A stretch of 64,000 nucleotides of DNA from an uncultured Verrucomicrobiae bacterium. Its GTDB lineage: Bacteria > Verrucomicrobiota > Verrucomicrobiia > Chthoniobacterales > JAFAMB01. The DNA is taken from NCBI GenBank assembly GCA_963813025.1, contig CAWEXO010000008.1, positions 288,001 through 352,000 of the forward strand. Direction: 5' to 3'. The notes beneath the pieces were generated by a model. That model was not told the origin of the DNA, did no database searches, and worked only from the letters and a program-made list of their open reading frames with translations. This document shows, piece after piece, positions 42,258-51,459 of the stretch (positions are counted from its first letter, which is position 1; each line of letters starts with the position of its first letter). The position numbers and the translations under genes were made by a program.

Positions 42258-42737
42258 TTATGAGCCGTTATTTTGGAGCGAAGGAGAGACCGAAGGCGCC
42301 CTGACTCTGCTCTGCCGGAGGTTCGGGAACTGAGCTTCGGCCGCCAGTCGAGCCTCGATGGCTTTGCCTCGGGCAACGCCAGGAGGATAAGCGCCTTCCG
42401 AGAAATGCCTTGTCGCCATGCGATTTCCCTCCGGCCAAGTCGCCAGCCAGTACCAGAACCAGCGCCCGCGAATCTTGCGCCGGACGCGGTAGACACCGTA
42501 GATCTTTTCTTTGAAGACCGGCTTGGGCTTCGTTGGGAACGGCCACTTTACCCCATAATGCTGCATCAGGGCGTCCCGTTCCGCAATCGCCCGTCCTTTG
42601 GCTTCTTCCAAGCTGATCCCGAGCTTTCTAGTGGAGAAGGTGCGATGAATGTTCCGCCCGCTGATCGGAACCCTGACCCGGTAACCTTCACAGTTGCCCC
42701 AATTGACGCGATCGATGTAGTGGAGAACTCGATCCAT
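42258..42737 (-). CDS. AP2-domain-like DNA-binding protein (two repeats)
   Basis: YRVRV..RTFS..EAKGRAIAERD and YGVYRV..WLATW..RHFS..ARGKAIEAR. Confidence 0.65.
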   Translation of the reverse strand: MDRVLHYIDRVNWGNCEGYRVRVPISGRNIHRTFSTRKLGISLEEAKGRAIAERDALMQHYGVKWPFPTKPKPVFKEKIYGVYRVRRKIRGRWFWYWLATWPEGNRMATRHFSEGAYPPGVARGKAIEARLAAEAQFPNLRQSRVRAPSVSPSLQNNGS

Positions 42738-42937
42738 CTCACATTCAAATGTTCGGTGGAAGGGGCAAATCTAGGCAATTGCTGGCTCGTCTCATCCGTG
42801 AGGACGCTTCATTCCTTGCCGCCTCCAGGGAATTTTACTCGGATACCGATCCCAGCGGGGGCGATCGTTGAGGATTGCGCCTGATCTGATGCCGCGGGTT
42901 GACCCATTTTCTTCAGGCCTTTCTAGAAGGTTGGATT

Positions 42938-43354
42938 TTAAGAACCATCGCTTAATTTCTCGATCTTGCCCCTTACCGGAACACTGAAGGAATCACCGGG
43001 TTTAGCCTTTTCGACCCGTTGCATAATGTCCGGGAACATATGGAAAAGCTTTGATGCCGATTCCCATCGGAGTAAGTGAAGCCAAGCGGGTTTTAAGAAA
43101 AAGACTGGATGGCCCGCCGCTTTCCAGGCTCGCACCTCGTGCGGATTTCGACTGATGGCCGAGTCGCCGGAAATAATAACCCAGTTCGACTGTTTACCTA
43201 GTTCTGACATCCAGAATTCGTCGGACGAATTTGCAGGAAAATGGTCTTTCAGGTGATGTGCAGAATGTTCCGGAAAGAGAAGCTGATGAAGAGCGCGAGC
43301 TATTTTTGGAGAGAGTTGGTTGTCGAGAAAAAATCTCACGCGGCCGCGAGCCAT
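42938..43354 (-). CDS. PIN-like toxin (VapC45-like)
   Basis: FFLDNQLS..DEFW..IISGD..RNPHE. Confidence 0.75.
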   Translation of the reverse strand: MARGRVRFFLDNQLSPKIARALHQLLFPEHSAHHLKDHFPANSSDEFWMSELGKQSNWVIISGDSAISRNPHEVRAWKAAGHPVFFLKPAWLHLLRWESASKLFHMFPDIMQRVEKAKPGDSFSVPVRGKIEKLSDGS

Positions 43355-44046
43355 TCCTCGAAGTCTATGGCGTCGCGCACAGCAGATTCCTTGACCTCGT
43401 ACCAGTTGGCAACGTCCCGTATAGACTCACCGGCCTTTACGGCCAAACAAAGTATTTCCGTCTGGACACCAGTGTCGAAAACAATTGGCTGTCCGAACTG
43501 CCTGCTAGGATCTAGGACGATGCTTCGGCTCTTGCTCAACGGCCACCACCGGAGCAGCTGTTCGCCTTCGGAAAATTCAAGATCTTTAATGAAGGGTTTT
43601 ACGACTGAAGGAAAAACTGTCTGAGTTTTTTCGATTTCCTCGTACTCGATGCGCTCGGCAGAGTGCTTAAGCTCTTCAATAATATGCTTCCCATCAGTGG
43701 CAAAGGTGCGCGTGCCAAAAGGATGCTCGTTTTGATAGCGTTTTCTGGCTACCTCATGAGCTGCACGAAGCACTCTCCAGGAAACCCCCATGTCTAAAAA
43801 TGCTTGGACGAATCGAACCTCCTGCAGATCTAGGAATCCCAGCACGATTCTGCTATCGATCGGCTGATGCTCTCCGTTCCAGAGTCGGTGATCACGGACA
43901 TCCTCTGAACCGAGGCGTTTAAGCCAATAACGAATTCTCCTCTGGGAGACCTTGCTCAAGCGGGCGGCCAAAGGAATGGGATAGATTCCCTTCCCGAGAA
44001 GCGTCTGCGGCGTTGCGCCGGTTGCTGTTTGGGTCTGGCTTCTCAT
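43336..44046 (-). CDS. DUF433 antitoxin (VapB45-like)
   Basis: N-terminal HTH, FLDLQEVRFV, IVLDPSRQFGQP..TGV..VRDAIDFE; overlaps toxin. Confidence 0.8.
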   Translation of the reverse strand: MRSQTQTATGATPQTLLGKGIYPIPLAARLSKVSQRRIRYWLKRLGSEDVRDHRLWNGEHQPIDSRIVLGFLDLQEVRFVQAFLDMGVSWRVLRAAHEVARKRYQNEHPFGTRTFATDGKHIIEELKHSAERIEYEEIEKTQTVFPSVVKPFIKDLEFSEGEQLLRWWPLSKSRSIVLDPSRQFGQPIVFDTGVQTEILCLAVKAGESIRDVANWYEVKESAVRDAIDFEEWLAAA

Positions 44047-44180
44047 AATGATTCATTGGCTGGGCAGGGCATTAGTCATCCACAGACACCAAGTGTCGCT
44101 TACATCGAGCGCCCTGCCATGTCCATACAGTGTGGCAAAGGATCGGTCTAGACAGTGCGTTTTCGAGCTTTATTTTGGAA

Positions 44181-44203
44181 ATTAGGGCAGTATTAGGGCA
44201 GTA
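44181..44203. repeat. 11-bp tandem repeat beside att relic
   Basis: attagggcagt attagggcagt a. Confidence 0.6.
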
Positions 44204-44268
44204 ACGAGTTCTGAAACGTCTCCAATTCGCCGGGAAAGCCGAACGTAAGTCTTTCTGCTGTAATTGTT

Positions 44269-44316
44269 TGCACCCGGCAGGGCTCGAACCTGCAACCCTA
44301 TGATCCGAAGTCATAT
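44269..44316 (-). tRNA. 3' half of tRNA-Arg(TCG), att-site relic (not a full tRNA)
   Basis: TATGA-CTTCGGA-TCATA anticodon arm, GCAGG-TTCGAGC-CCTGC T-arm, CGGGTGCA acceptor strand; no D-arm or 5' acceptor strand upstream. Confidence 0.85.
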
Positions 44317-44405
44317 ATTGGGAACGCAAAGAGGCTGCTTGAGAGAGAGGAGAATCTGCGAGCCGAAAACGAGCGCGTTGAGTGCGAAACAAAATAAAAT
44401 ACGTA

Positions 44406-45371
44406 TCAACGGCGTGTTTGGCAGGGATACGCCCATCTTTGCGCCACAGCGTCTAACAGCAAGTAAAAGGATTGGCCTTCCGCCGCGACGCCGGGTTTGT
44501 CAAAACGCGGCGATCCGCAAACGCCCTGCACGAGCCCGAATCGGTCCACCTTGCCAGAAACGGCCTGCCTGAGTGATCGCGCGGATTTTTCATATTCGCC
44601 GGGAAGCCATCCCGCAACGAGCCCACGATAAATCGCGTACGCCAACATTTGCGATAAATTCACTTCCACAAAGCTTCCGGGGTCATCAATAATATTGTGA
44701 AACAGCCAGTCAGACCGCTTATATTTTAATAAACAGTCAACGAGCGCCCGCGCGATCTGTACTAGCTCTTGTTTTTGCGAAGACATCGTTTCGGGCAGCA
44801 GGTCAATTGTTCTTGCAAGCCCGGCGACAGCCCAACCGTTTCCGACCCCCCAAAAGTCTTTTCGCACGAACGCCTGCTTTTCGTCGTCCCATTTATGACT
44901 GAACAGCCCTGTTTGCCGGTCAAACAACGCGGTCCGATAGCCATAGATTTGACGGAGCGCTTCTTTTGGATGGCCCGCCGCTGCGAGATACGGCGGCAGC
45001 ATATACATGGAGTCAATCCAAAATTCCGGACGATTCGGAACGTGATAGACGATTCCATTATGATTTCGGGGCGCTGATTTGAGCGCCCAGTTCAACAGCG
45101 AGTCACACGCATCTCCCAGATCCTTATCGTCCGTTTCCCGAAACGAAAAAATCAATGCTTCTCCGACGCTGCACGGATCGGTTATTCCTTCGTCCGGACG
45201 GATCATTGCGGGGCGGCCGTCGGGTATTCTGCGGTAAGCGGCTTCTTTTGCGAGCGCGATTACCACATCGCGGTCGCCCTGCTCGAAAAAAGCATCCATC
45301 GCGACGCCTTGTTCCCATGAATTCCGCTGCATGGACAGCAGGGCAAGCTTTACCAGATCAAGCGTTTTCAA
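44406..45371 (-). CDS. GH105/GH88 unsaturated glycuronyl hydrolase
   Basis: SWEQG, WIDSMYM, FWGVGNGW. Confidence 0.85.
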   Translation of the reverse strand: MKTLDLVKLALLSMQRNSWEQGVAMDAFFEQGDRDVVIALAKEAAYRRIPDGRPAMIRPDEGITDPCSVGEALIFSFRETDDKDLGDACDSLLNWALKSAPRNHNGIVYHVPNRPEFWIDSMYMLPPYLAAAGHPKEALRQIYGYRTALFDRQTGLFSHKWDDEKQAFVRKDFWGVGNGWAVAGLARTIDLLPETMSSQKQELVQIARALVDCLLKYKRSDWLFHNIIDDPGSFVEVNLSQMLAYAIYRGLVAGWLPGEYEKSARSLRQAVSGKVDRFGLVQGVCGSPRFDKPGVAAEGQSFYLLLDAVAQRWAYPCQTRR

Positions 45372-45707
45372 AAGAGGATCCTTTCAAAATGTCGGTTTAT
45401 CCACGTAATCAACGAATTTCCAATAAAACCAACTGCTGCACCTGTTATCCCGGCTGTTGCTCCAAATCTGTGGTGGGGCGGCAGGTTCCAATTGCCTGCC
45501 GGCGGCATCGGGCAAAGTCCGGTGACGTCTTGGCTAGTCCTCGGTTACAATTTGTAGACAATCTATGAATGAGAGTGTCGGCCAAACTAAAAGTGTAACC
45601 CCCCACCGGCGGCAACCGGCACTGCGACGCCGTCCCCAACGACAACCCCGAGTAACCAATAGTATCCTGATCTGTGCGGTGACAGATTAGAACCCGTGGC
45701 TTCACCG

Positions 45708-46872
45708 CTAGTCTAGTGTCCTCGAAATAATATTGCATATAATGCCAAAAAATGTTTTAACTTGGCCGCACGTCGAGAGTCGCTTCGCGGATCGAACTAA
45801 CTGAGCCAGAAAGAATGGAGTTGGAGCGGCGCGAGCGTGCGCATAGTGGGCCTTATCGGGATCGGCAGCGAGCCAAAATGATTTTGTTGGCGAGCGAAGG
45901 CTTAGAGAATCAACAGATCGCTCACCGATTAAAGATGAGCCGGCTGGCCGTGGGCAAGTGGCGTGAGCGCTTTAGCCTGGAGCGGATAGCCGGACTGGAT
46001 GATGCGCCTGGACGAGGGCGCGCGAGCACCTTGGCGCCAGAACAGGTTCAGGCCGTCTTGAGCCGAGTAGTGCAACCCCCGGCTCATCTGCGGCGTTGGA
46101 GTTGCCGCACGATGGCGCGCGAATCGGGCCTGAGTAAGTCGACGGTGCACAAGCTGTGGGCGAGCAACGATCTCAAGCCTCATCTGAGCCGGACTTTCAA
46201 GCTCTCCAGCGATCCGGAATTCGAGACCAAATTCTGGGACATCGTGGGACTCTATCTCAATCCACCCGAACAGGCGCTGGTGCTGTGCTGCGATGAGAAG
46301 AGTCAGATTCAGGCCCTGAGCCGTTCTCAGCCTGGTCTGCCGCTGGGAGCCGGTCACATCCAGACTCGGACCCATGACTATTACCGCCACGGTACCGTCA
46401 CGCTGTTTGCAGCTCTCGATTATCTCCAAGGCAAGATCATCGCGCGCACCGATCGGCGTCACACTCATCGAGAGTGGTTGCGCTTTCTTAAACACATCGA
46501 TGAGCAGACTCCGCCCCAGGTTGGGTTACATCTCCTTGTCGATAACTACTCCGCCCACAAGCATCCCAAGGTGAAAGCCTGGCTGGCACGCCATCGACGC
46601 TTTCACCTGCATTTTACTCCAACCAGAGCTTCTTGGCTTAACTTGGTCGAGCGTTTTTTCCGGGACCTTACGCAGCAAGCTATTGTAGGAGGAAGCTTTG
46701 AGAACGTTCGGGTCCTGATCGAGGCGATCGACGCTTACCTCGCCCAACATAATCTAAGGGCCAAACGCTACGTGTGGCGAGCGGACGGCGCAGAAGTGCT
46801 CCGTAAGATCAATAAAGCCTGGGCAGTCGCGACTGACGGATAATATATGTTATTTAACGGACAGGTGACTAG
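45708..46872 (+). mobile_element. IS630-family element, apparently complete
   Basis: Ends ctagtctagtgtcctcgaaataa / ttatttaacggacaggtgactag form imperfect TIRs with CTAG at both ends. Confidence 0.85.
45815..46843 (+). CDS. IS630 transposase
   Basis: CDEKSQIQAL, YYRHGT, VDNYSAH, SWLNLVE; frame extends to an ACG at 45770. Confidence 0.93.
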   Translation: MELERRERAHSGPYRDRQRAKMILLASEGLENQQIAHRLKMSRLAVGKWRERFSLERIAGLDDAPGRGRASTLAPEQVQAVLSRVVQPPAHLRRWSCRTMARESGLSKSTVHKLWASNDLKPHLSRTFKLSSDPEFETKFWDIVGLYLNPPEQALVLCCDEKSQIQALSRSQPGLPLGAGHIQTRTHDYYRHGTVTLFAALDYLQGKIIARTDRRHTHREWLRFLKHIDEQTPPQVGLHLLVDNYSAHKHPKVKAWLARHRRFHLHFTPTRASWLNLVERFFRDLTQQAIVGGSFENVRVLIEAIDAYLAQHNLRAKRYVWRADGAEVLRKINKAWAVATDG

Positions 46873-47518
46873 CATCCCAACTCTTACTAGAGCTGGCGCA
46901 ATCCCTTTTGGAAAAGCGCACATTGTTGTACGCGCCTCGCGAACACCGGGTAGCCTGACTCATCGCGCCGGCCGCTTTTGACCTGGCCTCTGGTTGGCGA
47001 CGGCCAAGCACGCCGAAGGCCGAGAATATACGACGGTTGAGGTGTGGTATGATCATTTCAGTGACGGCACCTTCCGCCACGGATGTACCCTTCTCAGGAT
47101 ACGGTCAAATAAACTACCGAAGGATTGTCTATTGGAGCAGGTTTTTGAACAAGCTCCGAAGGCTTTTTTAACTCGAATGCTCGCTTCTCCTGGTCACCTC
47201 GCCCGACTCCAAATCTATCCCGATTGAAACGGTTTTAGCGTGAAAGCCCCTGCCCGGGACGCGTTTTCGGAAAGGAGACGTTCAATCCCTCCAGGACCGG
47301 TTTCGGCCCGGTGGGCAAACAGCAAAAATCGGGACTTGGGTTAAACTTAGTCATCACCGGATTTCTCGTCGAGACCGAGCAGCTCCACGGTCGTATGGCC
47401 GGCTCCCAGCTCGGTGACTGCGGGCGTGTTCGATCCATGAAGCATCCAGCGCCTCAAGAAAAAGGTCCCGCGCACTACGAGGTGCTATGATTCCAGCATT
47501 ACGTTAAAACGAGTACCG

Positions 47519-48307
47519 ATGGAGCATCGAGGTCAATGCCGATTATGCTTTCGCGAGGATGTCCTCAAGAAAAGCCACCTACTTCCCGCATCTGTCTACA
47601 AGTTGTTGCGAACTGGACGCTCTGCAAATCCTCACCCGTTCGCTCTTACGCCAGGGACAGGAGTGCGAACTTCGAAGCAGGTTTGGCGGCATTTCCTCTG
47701 CGGCGAGTGCGAGCAACGTTTCAGTCAACGGGGCGAAGCTTGGGTCATGGCTAACTGCTGGCGTGGCATGAATAACTTTCCGATCCAGGAGCACCTTTTG
47801 AAGTCGGAACCCCTCTTGGCAAGCGACGAGTTAAAGGTATTTGCCGGTGCGTCCATTCCTGAGATAAAAATGGCGAAACTCATTTATTTTGGGGCCAGTG
47901 TTTTTTGGAGGGCATCGGCGTGTCATTGGATAATATTGGGATCGCCAATTCACATTGATCTTGGCCCTTATGCCGAGGCGCTACGCCTTTTCCTTAATGA
48001 TGCGGTTCCATTTCCTCGGGAGATGGTTTTAAACATCGGAGTGTCAGGGCTGACAAATCAAACCCTCGATGCAGGCCTGTTTCCCAAGAGTTCTCGCACG
48101 AAAATCGGCATCCGCCGCCATCGCTTCATCATCCCGGGAATCTATTTCACCCTTCTAGTTGGGAAACAGATTACCGATGCCGAGCGTCTGATTTGTGCAG
48201 CGCATACCTCCGAAGGCCGGATCAATATCTGGAAACAAACAGACGAGGAATTGATCTCCGGCTCTCTGAAAAAACTCTTAGCACTCGGTAGCCGGATGCG
48301 ATGGTGA
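47519..48307 (+). CDS. hypothetical protein with HNH-like zinc-binding N-terminus
   Basis: CRLC..KSHLLP..LCGECE. Confidence 0.6.
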   Translation: MEHRGQCRLCFREDVLKKSHLLPASVYKLLRTGRSANPHPFALTPGTGVRTSKQVWRHFLCGECEQRFSQRGEAWVMANCWRGMNNFPIQEHLLKSEPLLASDELKVFAGASIPEIKMAKLIYFGASVFWRASACHWIILGSPIHIDLGPYAEALRLFLNDAVPFPREMVLNIGVSGLTNQTLDAGLFPKSSRTKIGIRRHRFIIPGIYFTLLVGKQITDAERLICAAHTSEGRINIWKQTDEELISGSLKKLLALGSRMRW

Positions 48308-48435
48308 ACCCTCCGCGGTCACAACTCCGTTTCACCATAACCCGACTGGAGCCGTTTTCGTCCCCTTACGTCAATACCGACGCCTTGAGCTAGCCTAACC
48401 CCTTTTCCTAGGGCTTCAGTCAGATGGTTACCTTG

Positions 48436-48888
48436 TCAAGGTGTGGCCGTGTCTGCCGAAGCTCCCGATCGCGGATACTTCTCAAATTTTGGCAACCCAG
48501 GATCCATACGGTCCCACGGGTGCGCGTCGGATGTCCAGACATCCACTTGCGGGTTGAACCAGCTCGGATCATCCAAGCTGGCGGTCCTGATCGCGACAAG
48601 GTGAGGGACGGAATCTGACTTGGCCAGAATCGGCGAGCCGCAGTCAGGGCAAAAGCCTCGATGGGTCTGGCCACCATTCTGGCTGAGTGAGGCATGGAAC
48701 CGGAGCGAGCCTTGCAAGAGCTTGAAAGCTTCCCTCGGCACGATGACAAAAGACGAAAACGGGCCTCCACTGGATTGCTGGCAATCTCGACAGTGACAGT
48801 GAAGCATGATAGCCGGTTCTGATGTGGATTCGTAGCGAATCGCGCCGCAAGCGCATCCGCCTGAGAAAGGTGTGGTAATGGTGGTCAT
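48436..48888 (-). CDS. GFA/CENP-V family protein
   Basis: GGCACG, CHCRDCQ, FCPDCGS. Confidence 0.92.
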   Translation of the reverse strand: MTTITTPFSGGCACGAIRYESTSEPAIMLHCHCRDCQQSSGGPFSSFVIVPREAFKLLQGSLRFHASLSQNGGQTHRGFCPDCGSPILAKSDSVPHLVAIRTASLDDPSWFNPQVDVWTSDAHPWDRMDPGLPKFEKYPRSGASADTATP

Positions 48889-49052
48889 GCTGATTTTTGG
48901 TGATCAGATAGATTAGTATCGGGCATTAAACGGTGGGAGTGACAAGTGTGGCGGGATTCAGACGACCTCGCCAATCACGGCCGCGGCGCGTCAGCTTGAA
49001 TTTGGCGTTGTCTTAAGATTTGTCTGAAGTTACCGCTTCGCCTCAGAAACTC

Positions 49053-49810
49053 GAGATATTGTCAAAAGTTGTGCATCGGAGAGAGGGCGCATCCTTTGAA
49101 ATGACTAGAAATGATAAGTTAAGCGGCTTGTTGGGTTGGTTCGTCACCATCGACGAATAAGACGCCGGCGATGAGCTTCGGGATCAGCTCGAAGCCTTGG
49201 AGCCGGCGCCAATGTTTTTGGGCCTTCAGGGCGAGTTTAAAGACCATGGTCAAGGTTGCGATTCGTGAACCGGAGCCTTTGGTACGATGGGTTCGTAGCC
49301 GGACGGTAGCGAAGGTCGCTTCGATGGGGTTGGTGGTCCGCAGATGCGGCCAATGTTGCGCGGGAAAAGCGTAAAAGGTAAACAGAACCTTTTGTCTTTC
49401 TCCAGGCACTCGCAGGCCTTCGGAAATTTGATTTGGTAACTGTCGATGAACTGCGCGTAAGCTGCCAGAGCCGCTTTGCGGGTCGGGGCCAGGTACATTT
49501 CATGGATTAATTGCTTCGTTTTCCCTGCAAGCTCTTGGGCATTTTATCCAGGACGTTGGCTGTCTTATGCACCCAGCAGCGTTGCTGGGCAGCGGCGCCA
49601 TATTCTTCCTGCAAGGCAATCCAAAAACCGAGCGAACCGTCGCCGATCGCCAGTTTCGGCGCGGTAGAAAGTCCCAGACATTTGAGTTGCCCAAGCAGTT
49701 CACGCCACGATTGGGCGCTTTCGCGGTAACCGTCGACAACCGCTATAAGTTCCTTGGTGCCATCCTCAGTGGCTCCGATCAAGACCAGCACACAGGTTCG
49801 CTCTTCGTCG
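49053..49810 (-). mobile_element. IS256-family transposase 3' half, frameshifted
   Basis: Same terminal sequence; LVLIGATEDG, AIGDGSLGFW, QRCWVHK, LRTTNPIE. Confidence 0.9.
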
Positions 49811-49814
49811 AGAC

Positions 49815-50278
49815 GGACAGGTTTGCATGATTACATGGGACTGCGGTCCGTAGTCCGGCCGCATATCATTGCCTGGCGCAAGGACATGGAAAGACGGGGT
49901 TTGGTACCGGCCACGATCCGGCGCAAGCTCTCTGCATTGTCCTCGCTTTTCGCGAACGCAATGCTGTCACCGGCAACCCGGTGGACGGGGTGAAACGGCC
50001 CATGGCCAACGGCAACGAAGGCAGCACGCCGGCGCTGGGCGACGCGCAGGCGCGCAAACTGCTGGAAGCCCCGACCGCCGACACACTCAAGGGCGTACGC
50101 GACCAGCCATCCCGGCGACATTATTGTATCACGGGATTCGGCGTGAAGAACTCTGTGACTTAAGAGTGAAAGACCTGGTTCAGGAGTAGCTTGGGCATGC
50201 TAACGTATCGACAACGCGGCTCTATGACCCGCGCAAGAGTAAGCCGGAAGACAGTCCGAGCTTTCCGGTGAAATATTA
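49815..50278 (+). pseudogene. tyrosine recombinase relic with internal deletions
   Basis: TIRRKLSALSSLF, NPVDGVKRP, LLYHGIRREEL, LGHANVSTTRLYD. Confidence 0.8.
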
Positions 50279-50329
50279 AGGAGGAGCCCCCCACCCTGTA
50301 GGCTTACGACTGTCTGTCGGCTGAGAGTG

Positions 50330-50621
50330 GCCGTAACCCGCGTGCCGGAGTCGATAACTACTATCGGCTCGGGCACCCCAGAGTCAGCTATGCAAGGTCA
50401 ATCACTATGTCCGGCGTCGCTTCCATCGTGATCTGCGCCGCCGGAGTCAACGCCCATGGAAAGCTCCCGACGACTTTACCGTCTATCAGTACTTCCACCA
50501 ATTAGGACTGATCTACTTGTGAATGCTCCGTGCAATAGGCTCTCGCGAAAGCTGTATGCGGGAAATCCGCACGTACGGTTTGATGAGAAAGAGAACTCCT
50601 CACGGACCCTCTCTACTCTAC
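50330..50621 (+). mobile_element. group II intron 3' relic (domains V-VI)
   Basis: gaaagctgtatgcgggaaatccgcacgtacggtttgatgag (DV, 50547-50587) and ending ctctactctac. Confidence 0.8.
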
Positions 50622-50677
50622 TGAGAGATTCTTTGATTTTCCTGGAGCCGAGGGCGCCATCGATCGCCCAATCTGAA

Positions 50678-51313
50678 CTAGAACAACGTCTCCGTCGCAC
50701 TATGGGCGCGCTCCCTAATTTCATCGTCTGTCGGCGGTTCGCGCAGGCGCATCAATAGCCGGATTAGTAAATCGTCCCAGAGGATAGCAAAGTAACGTGT
50801 TGCCAAGTGAGCGGGCTTCCCGGCGACGATTAGATTCTTCGCTTGAGCCTTGGTCAACAACTTGGTTAGAGCCTTGCGGGCAGCTTCGCGGCCGTTACGG
50901 TCAAGGAGACGGGCAATTTCGGGAGCGCGGTCAGATTCGGCAATGGTGAGCCGGTAAACGGTCAAGACTTCGGGCTGGCATACGCCTTTCAAGATAGAGA
51001 CTCCTATTTCGACCAGCGTCGCCGCCAATGCCTCGCGGTTCTTTGGCGCCTGGTCGGCCTCATCCAGTGGGCCGCGCAACCGCTGAGCGCGTTCTTTGAT
51101 GCAGCCGGCCAACACCGCTTGCTTGTTCCTGAACAAGGCATAGAGATCGCGCTTCGATACTTGGGCCCGGGTGGCGATCTCCAGCATACTAACGCCCGAA
51201 AAGCCGTGTTCGCAGAACAAAGTAAAGGCTGCTTCGAGCACGCGTTCACGAGTTGATTCGTTCTGGCGTTTGGGGTGGCTGGAATCCGATTTTTCCGCGG
51301 TCTTAGGCTTCAT
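50678..51313 (-). CDS. TetR/AcrR regulator
   Basis: VLEAAFTLFCEHGF..IATRAQVSKRDLYALFRNK. Confidence 0.9.
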   Translation of the reverse strand: MKPKTAEKSDSSHPKRQNESTRERVLEAAFTLFCEHGFSGVSMLEIATRAQVSKRDLYALFRNKQAVLAGCIKERAQRLRGPLDEADQAPKNREALAATLVEIGVSILKGVCQPEVLTVYRLTIAESDRAPEIARLLDRNGREAARKALTKLLTKAQAKNLIVAGKPAHLATRYFAILWDDLLIRLLMRLREPPTDDEIRERAHSATETLF

Positions 51314-51334
51314 AACAAAAAACTGCTTGCATTA

Positions 51335-51383
51335 GGTACGATATCGTACCATGTAATGGCTAGTAAAGGTACTGTGTCGTACC
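51335..51383. promoter_or_regulatory. two TetR operator candidates
   Basis: Perfect palindrome GGTACGATATCGTACC (51335-51350) and variant GGTACTGTGTCGTACC (51368-51383) in divergent spacer. Confidence 0.75.
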
Positions 51384-51459
51384 AATGTCACTATAAATCA
51401 TACCTGCCAACTATGCTAACTAAGAACTTGTCTATTTGGCTCTCGAAAGGAGCTATCCC

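Noticed and set aside
48390..49015. attC-like motifs around the GFA gene
   Set aside because: Only isolated GTTAGGC/AAGCTGAC pieces; no complete R''-L''-L'-R' structure and no integron integrase
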